The notes under the pieces: generated by a model
Told to the model about the DNA's origin: nothing
What the model saw: the letters and a program-made list of their open reading frames with translations, nothing else
Databases searched by the model: none
Assembly: GCA_965219445.1 (NCBI GenBank)
Contig: CBDCNQ010000004.1
Location: forward strand, 320,001 to 384,000
Direction of reading: 5' to 3'
DNA: 64,000 nucleotides
DNA from: Longimicrobiales bacterium
Lineage (GTDB): Bacteria; Gemmatimonadota; Gemmatimonadetes; Longimicrobiales; Gaopeijiaceae
Part shown: positions 59,424 through 64,000 of the stretch, one piece after another
Position numbering within the stretch: position 1 is the stretch's first letter
How the letters are laid out: every line of letters starts with the position of its first letter
Made by a program: the position numbers and the translations under genes

Positions 59424-60293
59424 TTAAATCGTTATCACGAGCGCGAGCGTAAGGATCTTGTCGACCTTGTCACCCGGGGTCAGTACGTCGGTCCCTGACG
59501 GCACCCCGCCCGGGTCGAGCAACACGACGCTTAGCAGCGAGGGCCGCTTGTCGTAGAGCAGCTGAAGGGACGTCTTGAACGAGAGCCGCTCCGACAGTGA
59601 CACACCCAGCGAATTGACCCAGTCCGCGCGTAGGTCGTCCGTGTCTTCCACGTTCTCGTCGACGATGAGCGCAGACGAGAATTCGGCGCCTCCGGGAAGC
59701 TGCCGCATCGCCTCCACCGTCAACCGTATGCCGCCGAACCCTTCGTCCACGTCCGGTGCCGGATCCACGTCCTTCTGGATCGTGTAAGTGAGTCCGATGT
59801 CGGTCTTGAAGCGGCCCGTCTCACTGTCGGTCCAAGCCTTGCCGAGACCTGCGACGAAAGAGTAGCGGTTCTGAATCCCCGCGAAGGTGTTCCGATCCCA
59901 CCCGGCTCCCGAGAACGCAAACGCACTCGCGAAAGCACGATCGTACCGACCGCGCGCGAAGTAATTCTCGGCCGTGAGCTCGGAGTTTCTGGTCTCGTTC
60001 ACGGTGAAGTTGGTCGCGCTACCGGTTGCCGTGAGGGTGCGGAAGGTCGTCTCGCCACGGATTCCGCCCAGCTCTATCTTGAACGCGTTCTGTCCGCCCG
60101 TCGCGACCAGTGTGGACTTCAGGCCGAGTGTGCTTGATGAGGCGTTTCCACCCGTAGAGACAAAGCTCAGCTCCGTCGAATTCTCCCATGTGTAAGCACC
60201 CGTGTCGTCTTGCGCCCTGGCGTAACCCAGAAGGGCCAGCAGAGCGATGAGGAGAAACGAACCTTTCACACCGTGGACACACCTCTTCTTCAT
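59424..60293 (-). CDS. DUF481-family outer-membrane protein
   Basis: 'W....ELSFVSTGGN....LG', 'WDRNTFAGI..RY....GLG', 'LLYD..P'. Confidence 0.8.
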   Translation of the reverse strand: MKKRCVHGVKGSFLLIALLALLGYARAQDDTGAYTWENSTELSFVSTGGNASSSTLGLKSTLVATGGQNAFKIELGGIRGETTFRTLTATGSATNFTVNETRNSELTAENYFARGRYDRAFASAFAFSGAGWDRNTFAGIQNRYSFVAGLGKAWTDSETGRFKTDIGLTYTIQKDVDPAPDVDEGFGGIRLTVEAMRQLPGGAEFSSALIVDENVEDTDDLRADWVNSLGVSLSERLSFKTSLQLLYDKRPSLLSVVLLDPGGVPSGTDVLTPGDKVDKILTLALVITI

Positions 60294-60486
60294 GTTATCG
60301 CACCTTTCATGATGATTGATACCTGAGGACCCCGGGGCTCGAGGCTGGTGAAAAAGCTAACAATTCTGGGCCCGTGGGCTCTTCTTCAGAGGCCGGGAGG
60401 AACGGGCCGCTCAAGCCACGATCAAGAACGAGATCACCGCATTCGCGAAGCCCTCGGAAAGCACTTTGTACAGAGCCGCCAGGGCC

Positions 60487-60858
60487 TCAGTTGCCCCCGT
60501 CCGGGGGATGCGTCTCCATCCACTCGCGGGACAGCCGTTCGGCCTCGGCGATTTGTTCGCGAGTCATCCATTGCTGGATGATGTCCCTGTTGCCCTGTGC
60601 AGTCCTGTTTCCTTGGGTAGCCGAGAGATTAAACCTCATATAGGCGAAAACATCGTCTTCCGGCACACCATCACGATTGCCATACATGGTTCCAAGGTTC
60701 AGCTGGGCACCAGCATACCCCTGCTCGGCGGCCAGTCGATACCACCGTACCGCTTCCGCATCGTCCTCGGGGATATCCCCCTCAATGCCGTACTTCAATC
60801 CGAGCGAAAACTGCGCTTCAGCATGCCCCTGCCCGGCGCAACGAAGCAGATCATCCAA
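60487..60858 (-). CDS. Sel1-repeat protein, probably truncated
   Basis: 'QGHAEAQFSLG', 'AVRWYRLAAEQGYAGAQLNLG', 'MTREQIAEAERL'; no signal peptide. Confidence 0.7.
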   Translation of the reverse strand: MDDLLRCAGQGHAEAQFSLGLKYGIEGDIPEDDAEAVRWYRLAAEQGYAGAQLNLGTMYGNRDGVPEDDVFAYMRFNLSATQGNRTAQGNRDIIQQWMTREQIAEAERLSREWMETHPPDGGN

Positions 60859-61117
60859 CGGTCGGGGCTCAGTCGGTTTGCGAGAGCTGGTGAAGCTAAG
60901 CCCTCACTCCTTACCCTGCGCCGTTCCCTCGGGTGTGGTTCGCCTGGGCACGATCAACGCCGGACAGGCAGCCCCTCACATCATAGCAAATTCTAGCGAT
61001 AGAATACGTACAACGAGAGCCGTCACGGGTATGGAGTTAAAGTGCTCCGAGCCCGACACCCTCGAAGACAAAGTGCGAGCTCTTGAAGCTCTTCCGCCGT
61101 CTTCACAGGAGAGGACC

Positions 61118-61500
61118 ATGAAGGACTGTTCGATTCAACTGACGCATCACCCCGGCGATCTCGCCCGGGTGGCGCAGGCACTCGCGCGACGCGGTGCCAA
61201 CATCAAGGCACTCGCGGTGGTCAGTCTCGGCGGCCACGCAGTCGCGCGCATCATCCCGACAACATCGAAATAGCACGCCGAGCATTCCAGGCAGAGAACA
61301 TCCATTTCGAGGAAAGCGAAGTGCACACCGTGCTACTCGAGAACAGGCCGGGCGAGCTCGCTGCCGTCACGAACGAGCTCGGGGATGCGGGGATCAACCT
61401 CGAGGCGCTCTACATCACCGGGATCGCGGACGACCTCGTCGAGATCGCCATCGTCTGCGACACCCCCAAAAAGGCCAAGAAGCTGCTGGAGGAGTTCTGA
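61118..61500 (+). CDS. Tandem ACT-domain protein, frameshift near 61257
   Basis: 'HHPGDLARV...L...GANI' then, after adding one base, 'ENRPGELA.V...LGDAGINLEALY'; GGAGAGG RBS. Confidence 0.8.
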
Positions 61501-61528
61501 GCCAAGGGACCCAGGCGCACGAGCTCCG

Positions 61529-61960
61529 TTATGTCCCGGCCTGGATGTAATGTCTGAGCTGCTGGTTCTCGTCCTCTGCAATACTCCGGAAGGCGTTCAC
61601 GACATCACCGATTGTGACGATTCCGGCTAGCCCTCCGTCCGCGACGACGGGCAGGTGTCGAACCCGGTTTTCCGTCATGACCTCCATGGCGTGAGCCAAA
61701 TCGTCGTCGGGCGCCAACTGGATGACGTCGCGCGTCATCACCTGGCCAACTTCGAGGGTCTGGAGCTTGTCCGGATTCTTCGCTGCGAGACGGAGGATGT
61801 CACGTTCCGTGAGAATCCCGATGACCTCTCCGCCTTCCACCACCACCACACCACCGATGTTGTGGTCCACGAGCGCGCGAGCGGCCTCTAAGACGGTCTC
61901 GCTGGTGGACGCGGTTACGACGTTGGCTCCTTTGTGTCGGAGGATATCCTTGATCTTCAT
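61529..61960 (-). CDS. CBS-domain pair protein
   Basis: 'GILTERDI', 'VMTRDV', 'VRHLPVV', 'GIVTIGDVV'; AGGAGG RBS. Confidence 0.92.
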   Translation of the reverse strand: MKIKDILRHKGANVVTASTSETVLEAARALVDHNIGGVVVVEGGEVIGILTERDILRLAAKNPDKLQTLEVGQVMTRDVIQLAPDDDLAHAMEVMTENRVRHLPVVADGGLAGIVTIGDVVNAFRSIAEDENQQLRHYIQAGT

Positions 61961-62324
61961 CCCTACCTCCTGCGGACGGGTGGAATCCCCTCCCAATCTC
62001 GTGTTCTACTGCTCATTTGTCCAAAAAGTTGTCCAAATTAGGCCTTTTGCGTATCACTGCCAACCATTGCTTTTCCCTTTAAGTATGCGGGCATGGGGCC
62101 TGATCGGCTCCTGCGCACACTCTACCCAATTGCCAGGTTTTGTATCCTTTTACAACCGGATATGTCTCAGAATATGTCCAAGCAGACCCGGACCTCGACG
62201 GTCTAGCAACGGTGGGGTTTACGAGAAGACGGCCACCTTCCGAACGATGGGGGTGGCCGCTACTGCGGAGTTCGACTCTGGTCGCTGTCAGCATCGGCAG
62301 CCGGGAGTACGTTAGATTACCGTC

Positions 62325-63395
62325 ATGGACTTGACGCCTGATGAGCAACCCGTGGTCCGTCGTGCTGTGGCCGCGTACCTGGAGATGAAGAAGAAGGAGC
62401 ACAAGGGGGCTTTCGGAGGCACGACTGCCAACGAGATTCTCGAAGAATTGGAGCCGTCTCCAGTCCGTTGGAATGAACTCGCCTCGTTCGTGATCGAAAG
62501 GGCAGAAAAACCACGAAAATATCTAGCGAGCAGTCTATGTGTGACCGCTATGCAGGAGCACTTCTCTCAGATCGCGGGCGAGTACCGCGCCGCCAGGGCC
62601 ACCGACGTCGAACCGATACTGGTTATCATCGATCAGCTAGGTTCGACGCGCAACATCGTCGCTGCTGACGTCGGATGCGGCGCGGGCCGGTACGACGAAC
62701 TTCTGTTCCGCTTTCTGGGAGAGCAGCTGTTCCTGCACTGCACGGACGTCAACGCCGAGATGCTTGGTGAGCTGGACACCTATCTCACGGACCTCGGCAT
62801 CAAGGACTTCGAGACACACCAGGCCTTTGCCCACGACCTCCCGTTCGCCACGGGCAGCCTGGATTGCATCTTTACTTTCAACGCCTGTCACCACTTCGAT
62901 CTCTCGGATTTCGTGACGGAGGCGCACCGAGCCCTGAAGCCCGACGGCAGGCTGTTCCTGTACACACGGACCCGCACGCAGAACGCTCAGAGTGTCTGGG
63001 GTGTGCACTTTCCGTCGTTCTCTGAAAAGGAAACGCGACTGTACACAGACGACCAAGTAGGCGTCGTCGTCTCTAGGACGAGAGGGATGGAGCTGACGAA
63101 CCTCAGAACCTTCTGGTACTACCGCGAGCAAAGCCTGGACCACTTGGTCGATCTGGCGCGCACGGGTCATTACTCCACTTTCGACCTGTACGGTGACGCC
63201 GAGTTTGAGATCGCGCTGGACCGATTCGCCCGCAATGTGGAAGCCGGTTACGACGACCTAGATAAAGTCACGTGGCGCGACGAGAACACCATGTACGTGA
63301 TTACCCGGACGGGCTGGCCCTTTCTGACACGAGGCGGGGCCGCCCAATCACTCGAACCCGCGAGACCTCGGACGCGTGGAGACCTACGAACGTGA
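62325..63395 (+). CDS. Class I SAM-dependent methyltransferase
   Basis: 'ADVGCGAGRY', 'D.NAEML', 'LPF..GSLD', 'HHF', 'RALKPDGRL'; start could be the later ATG (MQEHF). Confidence 0.85.
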   Translation: MDLTPDEQPVVRRAVAAYLEMKKKEHKGAFGGTTANEILEELEPSPVRWNELASFVIERAEKPRKYLASSLCVTAMQEHFSQIAGEYRAARATDVEPILVIIDQLGSTRNIVAADVGCGAGRYDELLFRFLGEQLFLHCTDVNAEMLGELDTYLTDLGIKDFETHQAFAHDLPFATGSLDCIFTFNACHHFDLSDFVTEAHRALKPDGRLFLYTRTRTQNAQSVWGVHFPSFSEKETRLYTDDQVGVVVSRTRGMELTNLRTFWYYREQSLDHLVDLARTGHYSTFDLYGDAEFEIALDRFARNVEAGYDDLDKVTWRDENTMYVITRTGWPFLTRGGAAQSLEPARPRTRGDLRT

Positions 63396-64000
63396 AACTC
63401 AGAGGCTATTTGGCCTTATCCCTCGCCGCCGTCTTTCTGCTGGCTGGCGACCCGGTTCAGCGCTTTGTCATCTGCCCTGCGACGCGCATGTTTCCTTCGG
63501 TCGGACCACACATACTGGGAGCATGGCAGCGCTTTCTCGCGCGCGTAGTGTTTTTCATCCTAGGCTGGATCGGCGGCGCGGCTCTGCCGGCGGCTCCCCG
63601 CATCCCGGGAGAGGCTGGGGTCCTCGTTCTCATGAACCACCAGTCTTTCCTAGACATTCCCCTGATCATTGCGTCCCTGGACGGCTTCTATCCCAGGATC
63701 GTCACCCGCAGTAGGTATGCCAGGTGGATTCCCCTCATCTCCCACACTCTCAGGAAATTCGCGTACCCGTTGGTGGATTCCGGGGCGAAGGCAGGCACGG
63801 GGAGGCGAAACCTAGACGACCTAGCTGAAGTGGCACGCACCAGTGCCGTCCCGCTGGCACTGTTTCCGGAGGGCAGACGCACCAGGGACGGCAAGATCGG
63901 TCGCTTCAGGACCGCAGGCCTGGAGAGGATTCTGGGGGCGCGGGATTGGAGCGTATACGTTCTCGTCTGTGACGGCTACTGGAAGCACGCCAGGTTCGGA
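63392..64000 (+). CDS. plsC: 1-acyl-sn-glycerol-3-phosphate acyltransferase family protein, 3' partial
   Basis: Not in the ORF track; manual translation from GTG 63392 gives NHQSFLD and FPEGRRTRDG. Confidence 0.85.
   Translation, partial: MKLRGYLALSLAAVFLLAGDPVQRFVICPATRMFPSVGPHILGAWQRFLARVVFFILGWIGGAALPAAPRIPGEAGVLVLMNHQSFLDIPLIIASLDGFYPRIVTRSRYARWIPLISHTLRKFAYPLVDSGAKAGTGRRNLDDLAEVARTSAVPLALFPEGRRTRDGKIGRFRTAGLERILGARDWSVYVLVCDGYWKHARFG

Noticed and set aside
7985..61260. Single-base frameshifts near 7990, 12358, 20349, 40947 and 61257 as programmed frameshifting or phase variation
   Set aside because: Most sit in 2-4 nt homopolymers in unrelated genes with no slippery heptamer or long tract; long-read consensus error or simple mutation is more likely and cannot be resolved without reads
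61997..62324. Lower-GC gap upstream of the methyltransferase as a small gene or ncRNA
   Set aside because: Short ORFs lack RBS and motifs and no convincing structure was seen; probably promoter or eroded DNA
1..64000. CRISPR array, tRNA, rRNA or prophage
   Set aside because: No regularly spaced repeats, cloverleaf or rRNA signatures, or phage structural genes were recognised by eye

Overview
GC-rich bacterial chromosomal window. The gene content (Oar/SusC-like TonB receptors, GWxTD-like and DUF4340 proteins, REC-degenerate-GGDEF regulator) suggests Gemmatimonadota, which is inference only. The main result is a nested, apparently RNA-guided transposon-in-transposon arrangement present twice in inverted orientation (6794-9775 + and 45435-48410 -). 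In both copies an IS110-family element of IS1111 layout sits at the same position inside the left terminal inverted repeat of an IS256 element. Its 3' non-coding region can be folded by eye into a bridge/seek-RNA-like structure. The target-loop guides (TACACACC and TCAAAGG) match the reconstructed IS256 IRL target, and a second loop matches the element's own end junction. Copy 2 has an 8-bp target duplication and splits the sigma54 response regulator of a Wzc/Wza exopolysaccharide locus (~34.5-54.3 kb). That locus has sigma54 -24/-12 promoters, a comA-comB (sulfolactate) pair and several deletion scars. Other content: a LolCDE-like ABC/LolA-like operon, an orphan dnaE2 with a sigma70 promoter and a GAAC-N7-GAAC LexA-like box, an AbrB-PIN toxin-antitoxin pair, a beta-barrel-cupredoxin fusion, a 928-aa coiled-coil protein, a serpin pseudogene, gltA and plsC. 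Several single-base frameshifts lie in short homopolymers and may be sequencing errors. No rRNA, tRNA or CRISPR array was recognised.
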